A stretch of 64,000 nt of DNA from Hyphomonadaceae bacterium (GCA_022843225.1 JALHOC010000003.1:48290-112289), one strand, 5' to 3'. Shown: positions 18,804 to 27,680, numbered from the stretch's first letter. Made by a program: numbers and translations. The notes: generated by a model not told the origin, from the letters alone.

Positions 18804-18929
18804 CCTTCTCCTGTTTAATGAGAAGGTGTCCGACGCCCGCAGATGCGGGTGTCGGACGATGAGGTTTACTGGCGGCGCCGGCGATGGGCGCCGCAATCTG
18901 GGCGCGCGGCACCCTCACCCGGCGCGCTC
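18804..18929. other. Cluster of four adjacent inverted repeats (candidate structured RNA or element scar)
   Basis: Stems 18804-18826, 18828-18857 (13 bp), 18872-18894, 18900-18929. Confidence 0.5.
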
Positions 18930-18979
18930 AAGCGTCTTTAAGGTGTTCCCTTGTACCTCTTCAAAAGCTAGTAAGACAT

Positions 18980-19435
18980 ATGGCTTCGCTTCGGCTCATA
19001 GTCGCTGCCTTGGTGTTGGCACCGTACACCGCCAGCTTCGCGCAAGACATGCCTGCCCCTGAGGCAGTCGTCGCCAGCGATCCTGAACGATCCGGAATGG
19101 TCACGTCTGAGACGGTCACGCCAGAGGCACGACTAAGGGCGCTGCTTAGACGCCACTTGATGCAGTGTTGGCGATCCCCAATCGACTTGCCAGAACCCAG
19201 TCGATTAGCGGTCACGGTCCGATTCTCTTTAAACGAAGATGGAACGTTGAGTCGTGAGCCACGTGTCGTTGCTCCGCGGCGTTCCTGGTTTCAACCGCAT
19301 GTACGCACTGCGGTAGATCGCGCCGTGGATGCTGTCAGGCAATGCTCGCCTTATCCTATGGCAACCGACCCGTTTCTTGCGGACCGATACGAGATGTGGC
19401 GCGAGGTGGAATTGTCCTTCGCACCGCCGCCCTGA
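18980..19435 (+). CDS. Secreted TolA/TonB C-terminal-domain protein
   Basis: Signal peptide; QCWRSP..VTVRFSLNEDGTL..AVDAVRQCSPY..WREVELSF. Confidence 0.75.
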   Translation: MASLRLIVAALVLAPYTASFAQDMPAPEAVVASDPERSGMVTSETVTPEARLRALLRRHLMQCWRSPIDLPEPSRLAVTVRFSLNEDGTLSREPRVVAPRRSWFQPHVRTAVDRAVDAVRQCSPYPMATDPFLADRYEMWREVELSFAPPP

Positions 19436-19623
19436 CCCGTGTAGCCCACCATCACAGCCAGTTTCTTACCTATACGATCAGAATAGCACCTCGCTCGCAG
19501 ACGCATTGAACGCGCGCTATCCCGAGCATATCGCATGCCCAAGTCGTTGATTTCCAGTACGATGCCCCGGGGATAGAATCCCACCAATCCGACCTGCTCC
19601 AAGCGGTCGTAGAGTGCGCGCGC

Positions 19624-20343
19624 ATGCACGTCTTCGACCGCACCGCCGCCGCCCGAACACCGCAGCTTTGGGCCATCGCCCGCAACGCCTTCGCGCGCCT
19701 GAGCGCCGCGTTCGGCGGCGCTGCCGCCATCGCCGCGCTCGATCCGTTGACGCGTGCGCTCCGGCGCGAACTGCTTGCCTGGCTCGCGCCGCTTGAAGCG
19801 TTGGTGCGCAAACTGATCCTGATCGAAGCCGCGAGCTTCAGCGGGGTCGCACCGCTGAATGTGCGAAAACCGCCAGCACGCGCCGCTGTCTCCACGCGGC
19901 GCGCACCAGAATGCGGCGCCCCAGAACATTGGCGCGCGCCGTTTCACATGGCCGTACCGCCTGAGACGCAGCGCACCATCCCCGAGGATCGCGCGCCACG
20001 CATCCGCGTGTTGGGCCCGCCAACATTGGTTCGCGAGATCTGGCGCGAACTGGCGTCCATCGATCCGCCAGCGGCGCCGCGGCGTGCTCCGATCGACCCA
20101 AAAGTCTCGGTTTGGCGCTTGGCGCGTCGGGTCGAAGCTGTACGCCGCGCGCTCGACGACCCGAAGTCCCTTGCACGGCGACTGGCGCGTAGGCTCGCAC
20201 GTCTGTGCGCCCATGTGCGCCGCGCGTGCGTACGCCGTATCGCGTGCGCGCTGACGCCGCGTAGCAATCCTGATTTGATTCAGCCGTTGCGCGATGCGGC
20301 GGTGATCGGCTGCAGCCTCGAAGACCGCTTCAACTCGGGTTGA
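19624..20343 (+). CDS. Arg/Ala-rich hypothetical protein
   Basis: Amphipathic helical blocks LAPLEALVRKLILIEA and RRVEAVRRALDDP; plausible coding frame. Confidence 0.6.
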   Translation: MHVFDRTAAARTPQLWAIARNAFARLSAAFGGAAAIAALDPLTRALRRELLAWLAPLEALVRKLILIEAASFSGVAPLNVRKPPARAAVSTRRAPECGAPEHWRAPFHMAVPPETQRTIPEDRAPRIRVLGPPTLVREIWRELASIDPPAAPRRAPIDPKVSVWRLARRVEAVRRALDDPKSLARRLARRLARLCAHVRRACVRRIACALTPRSNPDLIQPLRDAAVIGCSLEDRFNSG

Positions 20344-20358
20344 ACCCGGCTTTGCGAC

Positions 20359-21630
20359 CTAGCCCCGCGCCGCACTTGCCTCCAGCACGTCGTCCCACGT
20401 GCGGAGCCCGCTGCGCTGCGCGTTCACCAGCACAGCCATGTTTCCCGGCGCGTGCTTGTTATCGAGCATTTTTTCGTGGGCATCGGGGATTTTGTCCCAC
20501 GGGAACACTTCCGACATTGCCGGATCGATACGTCGATCGATCACGAGTTGGTTGGCCTGAGAAGCGTGGTACAAGTGCGCGAAGTGCGAGCCCTGCACGC
20601 GCTTCTGGCGCATCCACAGGAAGCGCGCGTCCATGGTGAGATTGAAGCCGGTGGTGCCGGCGCAGATCACCACCATCCCGCCGCGCTTGCACACCAGAAC
20701 CGACACCGGGAACGTCGCCTCACCCGGATGTTCGAACACGATATCGACATCCTTGCCGCCAGTGATTTCCCAGATGGCTTTGCCGAACTTGCGGCTTTCT
20801 TTCATGTAGTCGGCGAACTCCGGGCCGTTCACTTTCGGCAATTGGCCCCAGCACTTGAAATCGTTGCGATTGAGCACCGCCTTCGCGCCCATCGAGAGCA
20901 CGTAATCTTTTTTATCTTCGCTCGACACAACGCCAATCGCATGCGCGCCGCTCACCGCGCAAAGCTGCGTCGCGAACACGCCCAAGCCGCCGCTCGCGCC
21001 CCAAACCAGCACGTTCTGCCCAGGCCGCAACACGTTCGGCCGCCAGCCGAACAGCATGCGATACGCGGTCGCGAGCGTCAGCGTGTAACAGGCGCTCTCT
21101 TCCCAGGTGAGGTGCTTTGGGCGCGGCATGAGCTGGCGCGCCTGGACGCGGCAGAATTGCGCGAAGGAGCCGTCGGGCGTTTCGTAACCCCAGATGCGCT
21201 GGCTCGGCGAGAACATCGGGTCGCCGCCATTACATTCTTCGTCGTCGCCGTCGTCCTGATTGCAATGGATGACGACCTCGTCGCCCGGCTTCCAGCGCTT
21301 CACCTTGGCGCCCACAGCCCATACAATGCCCGACGCATCCGAGCCGGCAACGTGGAAGGGCTGCTTGTGGCCGTCGAGCGGCGAGATCGGCTCGCCAAGC
21401 GCGGCCCAAACGCCATTATAGTTCACGCCCGCCGCCATCACGAGGACGAGCACTTCGTCCTCGCCGATCGTTGGCACCGGCACCTGTTCGAGCTGCATGG
21501 CCTTGGCCGGGCGGCCATGGCGTTCCTTGCGGATCGCCCACGCCCACATCTTATCCGGCACATGGTATTGTGGTGGGATTTCCCCAACCGCGTAGATGTC
21601 TTTGACCGCTTTCAGGTTCGCCTGAGCCAT
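20359..21630 (-). CDS. ccr: Crotonyl-CoA carboxylase/reductase
   Basis: VMAAGVNYNGVWA, HVAGSDASG, WGYETPDGSFAQF, RFLWMRQKRVQGSHFA. Confidence 0.97.
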   Translation of the reverse strand: MAQANLKAVKDIYAVGEIPPQYHVPDKMWAWAIRKERHGRPAKAMQLEQVPVPTIGEDEVLVLVMAAGVNYNGVWAALGEPISPLDGHKQPFHVAGSDASGIVWAVGAKVKRWKPGDEVVIHCNQDDGDDEECNGGDPMFSPSQRIWGYETPDGSFAQFCRVQARQLMPRPKHLTWEESACYTLTLATAYRMLFGWRPNVLRPGQNVLVWGASGGLGVFATQLCAVSGAHAIGVVSSEDKKDYVLSMGAKAVLNRNDFKCWGQLPKVNGPEFADYMKESRKFGKAIWEITGGKDVDIVFEHPGEATFPVSVLVCKRGGMVVICAGTTGFNLTMDARFLWMRQKRVQGSHFAHLYHASQANQLVIDRRIDPAMSEVFPWDKIPDAHEKMLDNKHAPGNMAVLVNAQRSGLRTWDDVLEASAARG

Positions 21631-21646
21631 GGCCCCGCCCTTATGT

Positions 21647-21658
21647 TGCAGTGCACAA
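21647..21658. promoter_or_regulatory. TGCRNYGCA box upstream of ccr (PhaR-type)
   Basis: TGCAGTGCACAA, 17 nt upstream of the ccr ATG. Confidence 0.6.
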
Positions 21659-21681
21659 TGGGCCATCTTTTGAGCAAGGCG

Positions 21682-22821
21682 TCAATGGGGCGACGTTTTG
21701 ACGGCGTCCGCGAACTGGGCCTGGCTCAGAGCGGCCTCGGAGCGCGCCGCATTCGCGGTTTTCCGCGCGCGGATGGCATTGACCATCTCCAGCGCGGTTT
21801 TTTGTGGGGGTGGCAACTCGTCGGGGCAAACGCTGATCGGCGTAACGCGCTCGCCCCAGCGCACGACATGGGCGCAATAAGTGAGCCCCGCACCGAACGC
21901 CGGCATGAGAATAAGCGAACCGGGCTTCACACGCCCCTCGTCGAGTGCAGCCGCTAGCGCCACCGGCACCGTGGCCGAACTCATGTTGGCATAACGCTCG
22001 ACGGTGAGCATCACCTTCTCCATCGGGATGCCCGCGCGCGCAGCGACCGCCTCGATGATGCGCAGATTGGCTTGGTGCGGGACCACAAGGTCGATGTCCT
22101 CAACCGTCACGCCGCATTTGGCCATCGCGGCAGCGCTCGCTTGCGCCATACCGTGTACAGCACGTTTGAACACTTCTTGGCCGTCAAAATCGATTAGCGT
22201 ATTGCCGATGGTTACGTCCTGATTCACGTAGGCCGCGCCCATGCCACGAATACGAAGGGTCTGGCGCGCATCAGCGATGCAGCCGAGCTGATCGGCCAGA
22301 ACACCCTCTTCGCGATCACTCGCTTGCACAACAACGGCGCCGCACCCATCGCCGAACAGAACCGCGACGTTACGATTGTCCCAGTCGATATATTGCGCGA
22401 TGATCTCGACGCCGATGACCACCGCGTTGCGCACAACGCCAGTGCGGATCATCGCATTGGCGGTCGACAAGCCATAGAGAAAACTTGTGCATGCGGTGTT
22501 GACATCCATCGCGCCGGCGCGCTTGGCGCCAAGCGCAAATTGCACGCCGGATGCCGTGTTAGGAACCTGTTCGTCGTTGCTGCAACTGCCGAACACGATC
22601 AACTCGACATCCGCCGGATCGAGGCCGGCGCAGGCCAGAGCGCGGCGCGAGGCCAGGATCGCCAATTCCGTGCCGCTCACGTGCGAGATGCGCCGCTCGC
22701 GCATACCGGTTCGCGTGGCTATCCACTCGTCGCTGGTGTCGAGAAATGTCGAAAGGTCGGCGTTGCTCAGGATTGCTGGCGGCATCGCCGCGCCCCAGCC
22801 CGTGATGGCCGCGTATGGCAT
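21682..22821 (-). CDS. 3-oxoacyl-ACP synthase III (FabH-like) with C-terminal extension
   Basis: MPYAAITGWG, DTSDEWIATRTG, ACTSF (Cys), VLFGDGCGA, PHQAN (His), YANMS (Asn); tail WGERVTP..ELPP..TALE. Confidence 0.93.
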   Translation of the reverse strand: MPYAAITGWGAAMPPAILSNADLSTFLDTSDEWIATRTGMRERRISHVSGTELAILASRRALACAGLDPADVELIVFGSCSNDEQVPNTASGVQFALGAKRAGAMDVNTACTSFLYGLSTANAMIRTGVVRNAVVIGVEIIAQYIDWDNRNVAVLFGDGCGAVVVQASDREEGVLADQLGCIADARQTLRIRGMGAAYVNQDVTIGNTLIDFDGQEVFKRAVHGMAQASAAAMAKCGVTVEDIDLVVPHQANLRIIEAVAARAGIPMEKVMLTVERYANMSSATVPVALAAALDEGRVKPGSLILMPAFGAGLTYCAHVVRWGERVTPISVCPDELPPPQKTALEMVNAIRARKTANAARSEAALSQAQFADAVKTSPH

Positions 22822-22912
22822 TGCTTTCCCCCTTTGGCGCAGCGTCGGCGCGCCGCTTCCAAGCGTATTCGTACGACGCCCGTGGAGTCGCCGCCATAGG
22901 CGCGCGCGATGC

Positions 22913-22924
22913 TGCGGCGCAAAA
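22913..22924. promoter_or_regulatory. TGCRNYGCA box upstream of FabH-like gene
   Basis: TGCGGCGCAAAA within TGCTGCGGCGCA, a 12-mer identical to the ecm site. Confidence 0.55.
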
Positions 22925-22960
22925 GAAGGGGCACCCCGGCTGACCAGAGCGCCCCTATTT
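22921..22960 (-). terminator. Rho-independent terminator of the porin-like gene
   Basis: Minus strand GGGGCGC...GTGCCCC followed by TTCTTTT. Confidence 0.75.
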
Positions 22961-22985
22961 GAGGTACGCGGGGAAAGGAGGAAGC

Positions 22986-23723
22986 TTAGTAGACGCCGCC
23001 CGACACGGTGCCGACGCCGGAGAGGCTCGCGCCCGAACGATTGCGTTCGAACAGGGAACCTGTGCCGAAGCTCCAACGCAACCCGACTTCCCATGTGTCC
23101 ACATCGGCGACAGCAGCATCGAATTCGCTCGTGCGATAGCCGCCGGTGAAGCTGAAGGGACCACCGCCCGGCTGCCACTCCAGGTTCAGCGACGTCGAGT
23201 TGATGCCTAAGCCGTCAACATCGAGATCGCGATAGCCGGCGCCGACAGAGAACGTGTCGGTCACGAACCAGGTGGCGCCGACTCGCGACGTCGATCCGTT
23301 TTCATCGAACGTCCCGCCTTCAGCGCTCGTGAACGCGATGGCGCCATCCAGCGTCAGCCGTGACAGATAGAGTTGGCCTTCGGCGCCGAAATGGTAGGCG
23401 TCGATATTGAACGAAGCCTCTTCGACACCCACGAACCCGCCAACCAGAAAATTGTCATTGCGGTTGAAGACGTGCAGGTTCGCGACCGAATAGGTATGGT
23501 TGAAGCCACTGCTTGTATCGACGCGGCTGAAGCGAGCGTCCACCTGCGCTTCGAGTGATGACGTCATGTCGAAATTGACCGCGCCGCCAAAATTGATCGT
23601 ATTGACGCCCGAGCCCTGGTCGGCGTCGGAGTAGCTCAGATCGAGATGGCCGTCGGCCGCAGACGCCACGCCAGGGACGAGAAAGGTCAGCGCCGTCGCC
23701 GCGCCCAAAAGCAGTTTACGCAT
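22986..23723 (-). CDS. Outer-membrane beta-barrel (porin-like) protein
   Basis: Signal peptide MRKLLLGAATALTF..ASA; alternating Gly/aromatic strands; VGLRWSF near the C-terminus. Confidence 0.8.
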   Translation of the reverse strand: MRKLLLGAATALTFLVPGVASAADGHLDLSYSDADQGSGVNTINFGGAVNFDMTSSLEAQVDARFSRVDTSSGFNHTYSVANLHVFNRNDNFLVGGFVGVEEASFNIDAYHFGAEGQLYLSRLTLDGAIAFTSAEGGTFDENGSTSRVGATWFVTDTFSVGAGYRDLDVDGLGINSTSLNLEWQPGGGPFSFTGGYRTSEFDAAVADVDTWEVGLRWSFGTGSLFERNRSGASLSGVGTVSGGVY

Positions 23724-23818
23724 GTCATTCCCCCAAAAGGTTTGGAGAATCACAGCTACCTGCTTCGCAGGGGTCGTGCGCTACCCGTTTGGGTAGGGCC
23801 TGTCGTTGGGGCAGTTGC

Positions 23819-23830
23819 TGCGGCGCACAA
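23819..23830. promoter_or_regulatory. TGCRNYGCA box upstream of ecm (PhaR-type)
   Basis: TGCGGCGCACAA, 19 nt upstream of the GTG; related palindrome CCTGCTTCGCAGG at 23759-23771. Confidence 0.6.
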
Positions 23831-23849
23831 CGGCGGTTAGGGAATCACC

Positions 23850-25814
23850 GTGAGCTACCAGCACGCCCCCGACCCGCCCTGGATCTTCCGGACCTATTCT
23901 GGGCATTCGACGCCGGCTGAGTCCAATAAGCTCTACAAGACCAATCTGACCAAGGGCCAGACGGGGCTCTCAGTGGCTTTCGATCTGCCAACCCAAACGG
24001 GCTATGACAGCGACCACATCCTCGCGCGCGGCGAGGTCGGCAAGGTGGGCGTGCCGATCGGCCATTTGGGTGACATGCGCACCCTTTTCGACGGCATTCC
24101 GCTGGAACGCATGAACACGTCAATGACGATCAATGCGCCGGCGGCATGGCTCTTGGCGCTCTACGTTGCGCTGGCTGAGGAACAAGGCGCAGACCTCAAA
24201 AAGCTCACCGGCACGACGCAGAACGACATTCTGAAAGAATATCTTTCGCGCGGCACCTACATCTTTCCGCCTGCACCATCGCTGAAGCTGACTGCCGACA
24301 CTATCGCCTGGAGCTTGGACGCGATCCCGAAGTGGAACCCGATGAATGTCTGCTCCTACCATTTGCAGGAAGCGGGCGCGACGCCGGAACAGGAATTGGC
24401 TTTCGCGCTCGCGGCGGCGATCGCAGTGCTCGATGGAGTGCGCGCACGCGGCGAAGTTCCGCCCGAGCGCTTCGACTTGGTGTTCTCCCGCATTTCCTTT
24501 TTCGTGAATGCGGGGCTGCGTTTCATCACCGAAACCTGCAAGATGCGCGCGTTCACGCAGCTATGGGACGAAATCGGCGAGCAGCGCTATGGCGTGGAAG
24601 GCGACGTGCACCGCCGTTTCCGTTATGGAGTTCAGGTCAATTCCCTCGGCCTGACTGAACAACAAGCGGAGAACAACGTCTATCGCATCTTGCTCGAAAC
24701 GCTTTCCGTAACGCTGTCGAAGCATGCGCGCGCACGCGCGGTGCAGCTGCCAGCCTGGAATGAAGCCTTGGGCTTGCCGCGACCTTGGGATCAACAATGG
24801 TCGCTGCGGATGCAACAGGTGCTCGCCTACGAGACCGATCTGCTTGAGTTCGAGGACATCTTTGAAGGCTCCAAGGTGATCGAAGGCAAGACCGCCGAGC
24901 TGATCGAAGGCGCGCGCGCTGAACTCGCCGCGATCGACGGCATGGGCGGCGCGGCGGCGGCGCTTGAGCATATGAAAGCAGCTTTGGTGGACTCCAACCG
25001 CAAACGCGTTGAGGCCATCGAAGCTGGCGCTCAGAAGATCGTCGGCGTCAATTGCTTCACCGAGGCTGAACCCTCTCCGCTCGAGGCGGGCGAGAAATCC
25101 ATTCAGACCGTTGATCTCGCCGTCGAAGCCGAGCAGATCGCGCGGCTGAGGTCATGGCGCGCGCAACGTAACCGCGACGCCGCCGAACGCGCGATCACGG
25201 ATTTGCGCAGCGCCGCCCAGGAAAACCGCAATGTGATGCCGGCGTCATTGACCTGCGCGAAAGCCGGCGTCACGACCGGCGAATGGGCGCAAACATTGCG
25301 CGAGGTCTATGGCGAGTATCGCGGGCCGACAGGCGTCGCGCTGTTCATCGAAACGGGCGGCGAAGACATCGACGGCGTGAAACGTGATGTCGCCGCGCTC
25401 TCAGAGAAACTCGGCCGACAGCTCAGCTTCCTGGTCGGCAAACCGGGCTTGGACGGCCACTCCAACGGCGCCGAGCAAATCGCCGCGCGCGGGCGCGCCG
25501 TCGGCATGGAGGTGCATTACGAAGGCATTCGCCTAACGCCTGCCGAGATCGTTGCTGCTGCGAAGCACAAGAGCGCGCACGCCGTGGGCCTATCGATCCT
25601 CTCCGGCTCGCATCTCGACTTGGCTCAAGAAGTTGTACGCTTGATGCGCGCGGAGGGGCTGGAGCGTGTGCCGCTGGTGGTTGGCGGCATTATTCCGCCG
25701 GCTGACGCGCTGGCGCTCAAACAAATGGGCGTTGCCGCCGTCTACACACCGAAGGACTTCAAGATCACCGGCATTATGGGCGATATCGTGAAGCTCGTGG
25801 CGGACAGAAACTAG
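23850..25814 (+). CDS. ecm: Ethylmalonyl-CoA mutase (MeaA/Ecm), B12-dependent
   Basis: PWIFRTYSGHS, GLSVAFDLPTQTGYD, RFRYGVQVNSLGLTEQQ, B12 motif DGHSNG. Confidence 0.95.
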   Translation: MSYQHAPDPPWIFRTYSGHSTPAESNKLYKTNLTKGQTGLSVAFDLPTQTGYDSDHILARGEVGKVGVPIGHLGDMRTLFDGIPLERMNTSMTINAPAAWLLALYVALAEEQGADLKKLTGTTQNDILKEYLSRGTYIFPPAPSLKLTADTIAWSLDAIPKWNPMNVCSYHLQEAGATPEQELAFALAAAIAVLDGVRARGEVPPERFDLVFSRISFFVNAGLRFITETCKMRAFTQLWDEIGEQRYGVEGDVHRRFRYGVQVNSLGLTEQQAENNVYRILLETLSVTLSKHARARAVQLPAWNEALGLPRPWDQQWSLRMQQVLAYETDLLEFEDIFEGSKVIEGKTAELIEGARAELAAIDGMGGAAAALEHMKAALVDSNRKRVEAIEAGAQKIVGVNCFTEAEPSPLEAGEKSIQTVDLAVEAEQIARLRSWRAQRNRDAAERAITDLRSAAQENRNVMPASLTCAKAGVTTGEWAQTLREVYGEYRGPTGVALFIETGGEDIDGVKRDVAALSEKLGRQLSFLVGKPGLDGHSNGAEQIAARGRAVGMEVHYEGIRLTPAEIVAAAKHKSAHAVGLSILSGSHLDLAQEVVRLMRAEGLERVPLVVGGIIPPADALALKQMGVAAVYTPKDFKITGIMGDIVKLVADRN

Positions 25815-26464
25815 GCTTGCAGCGACTTCACAAGCCGCGTCATTGCGCTCGCGCCGACCAAAGGCGCGACAAACGGAATGAACGAACAGGCTAGGCCCAC
25901 AAAGAACACGCTCAACCCAAAGCGCGCGCGTAAGCTGCGCGCTTGCGACCAGGGCATGCGGCGCACGGCGGCGAGCGAGAAGTACTCGCGCCCCATCAAA
26001 TAGCCGTTGAGCGCCAAGAACCAGATGAGGTTCACAACCGGCACGAACAGCAACGGCAACGACAGGATGTTCAGCACCAAGGGCAGCCAGCCGATGCGAA
26101 AGCCGTTCGCGAGACCTTCCAATGGCGAAACCAACCGCCCCGCTGGCAGCGCGACGTCCTTTTCCACCTGCGCGGCGGCGACATCGAACAACACCGAGCC
26201 CACGATCATCGAGATCGTCGGCGCCAACACCACAGCGATCAGCACAATGAGCGCGCCCCCGAAGAAGTCCGCGACCGTCCAAAGGTACTGCCACCAGCCC
26301 TCCCCCTCCGGGATCATCGGCCAAAGGTAGCGGAACGCCGCCCAAGCCGCAGCGATCGTGGCGGTCAGCGCGACGCTGAAACACAGAAACGCCCAGCCGC
26401 CCAGGCGACCGCCGAACACATCCTTGAGGCCGCCCGAAATCGCAGCGAAGGGTTTTGCACGCAT
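25811..26464 (-). CDS. EI24/CysZ-like membrane protein
   Basis: FDVAAAQVE, NGYLMGREYFSLAAVR, VPVVNL. Confidence 0.85.
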   Translation of the reverse strand: MRAKPFAAISGGLKDVFGGRLGGWAFLCFSVALTATIAAAWAAFRYLWPMIPEGEGWWQYLWTVADFFGGALIVLIAVVLAPTISMIVGSVLFDVAAAQVEKDVALPAGRLVSPLEGLANGFRIGWLPLVLNILSLPLLFVPVVNLIWFLALNGYLMGREYFSLAAVRRMPWSQARSLRARFGLSVFFVGLACSFIPFVAPLVGASAMTRLVKSLQA

Positions 26465-26563
26465 GACCCACATTTAGCGCGAAAGCCGAGAATACAAAAT
26501 GCGGCGCGCTCGTCTCGCTCGCCGCGCCATGCTAGGCTGGACCGACACACAAGGAGAAGCGCG

Positions 26564-26965
26564 ATGGTCACCGGCGGATGCCATTGCGGCGCGATTCGTT
26601 ATGAGGTTCAGGGCGAAGCGCTCACGCATGCACTCTGCCATTGCGTGGATTGTCGGCGTCACGCCGGCGCGCCGATGGTGAGCTGGACGATGTATCCCGA
26701 GAGCGCACTTACGATCACAAAGGGCGCGCCCAAGATCTATGCGTCGTCACCACACGGCCGGCGTCATTTCTGCCCCGATTGCGGCACGGGCTTGTTTTAC
26801 GTCAATCAAGAGGTGCTGCCGGGGATCATCGACATCCAGAGCGCCACCTATGACGACCCTGACGCCGCTCCGGCGCCGGTTCATATCCAAACCGCCGATC
26901 GCATTCGTTGGATGGAGCGCGCGCACGAACTGCCCCAGTTCGAGCGCTACCCGCCGCAGGGCTGA
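26564..26965 (+). CDS. GFA/CENP-V family zinc protein
   Basis: GGCHCGAIRY, CHCVDCRR, FCPDCGT; SD AAGGAG. Confidence 0.93.
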   Translation: MVTGGCHCGAIRYEVQGEALTHALCHCVDCRRHAGAPMVSWTMYPESALTITKGAPKIYASSPHGRRHFCPDCGTGLFYVNQEVLPGIIDIQSATYDDPDAAPAPVHIQTADRIRWMERAHELPQFERYPPQG

Positions 26966-26968
26966 TGT

Positions 26969-27445
26969 TCAGCCTTCCAGCTCATACTGACTCTGCAGAT
27001 AATTCTGCAGGCCGACTTGCGCGATCACCGAAAGCTGCGTCTCGAGGAAATCAATGTGCTCTTCGGTGTCTTCGAGGATCTCGGTGAGCAGATCGCGGGT
27101 CACATAATCTTGCTTCTGCTCACAGAGTGCGATGGTTTCGACCAACGCCTTGTGACCGGTCTTTTCGGCGCCTAAGTCGGCTTCCAGCCGCTCTTGCACG
27201 CCCTCGCCGATCGCAAGCTTGTTGAGGCTCTGAAGGTTGGGATGACCTTCGATCATGAGGATGCGCTTCACGATCGCATCGGCGTGCTTCATCTCGCCGA
27301 TGGATTCCTCGTAGGTCTTCTTACCGAGTTTCCCGTATCCCTCGTTCTGGTACATCCGCGCATGCAGGAAGTACTGGTTGATCGAGGTCAGCTCATTGGT
27401 GAGGATGGCGTTGAGCTTCTTGATAACGTCCGCATCGCCCTTCAT
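26969..27445 (-). CDS. bfr: Bacterioferritin
   Basis: [40 protein letters not shown]. Confidence 0.98.
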   Translation of the reverse strand: MKGDADVIKKLNAILTNELTSINQYFLHARMYQNEGYGKLGKKTYEESIGEMKHADAIVKRILMIEGHPNLQSLNKLAIGEGVQERLEADLGAEKTGHKALVETIALCEQKQDYVTRDLLTEILEDTEEHIDFLETQLSVIAQVGLQNYLQSQYELEG

Positions 27446-27454
27446 CCGCAGCCC

Positions 27455-27649
27455 CTATTCAGCCGCGACGAGGCTCCGGGAGCGAGCCATTCCGCCGCAT
27501 GCAATACCATCGGCGATCTCTGGCAGGCAGCGCCCGCAGCAAGGATCGCACCCGTGATGGGCTAGCACCTCGTGCGGACCTTGAGCCCCCGCAGCGATGG
27601 CTTCATCCACCTCGCGCCGAGTCACACCGTTACAGTTGCACACGTACAT
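27455..27649 (-). CDS. bfd: Bacterioferritin-associated ferredoxin
   Basis: MYVCNCNG..CCGRC; upstream of bfr. Confidence 0.93.
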   Translation of the reverse strand: MYVCNCNGVTRREVDEAIAAGAQGPHEVLAHHGCDPCCGRCLPEIADGIACGGMARSRSLVAAE

Positions 27650-27680
27650 GCGGCACTTCTCTGAAAGCAAAGGCTTCTTT

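Noticed and set aside
19436-19623. Minus-strand stretch LEQVGLVGFY..EINDLGMRYAR resembling a winged-helix fragment
   Set aside because: No start or SD, too short, and the resemblance is too weak to support
21682-23178. N-terminal extensions in the ORF track (also 157-1005, 37489-38991, 44055-46241, 53277-54197, 53514-54752, 60629-61831)
   Set aside because: They overlap neighbouring genes; family similarity and SD sites support the later starts used here
23724-23849. Cobalamin riboswitch ahead of B12-dependent ecm
   Set aside because: Region too short and lacks the GGGAA and B12-box motifs
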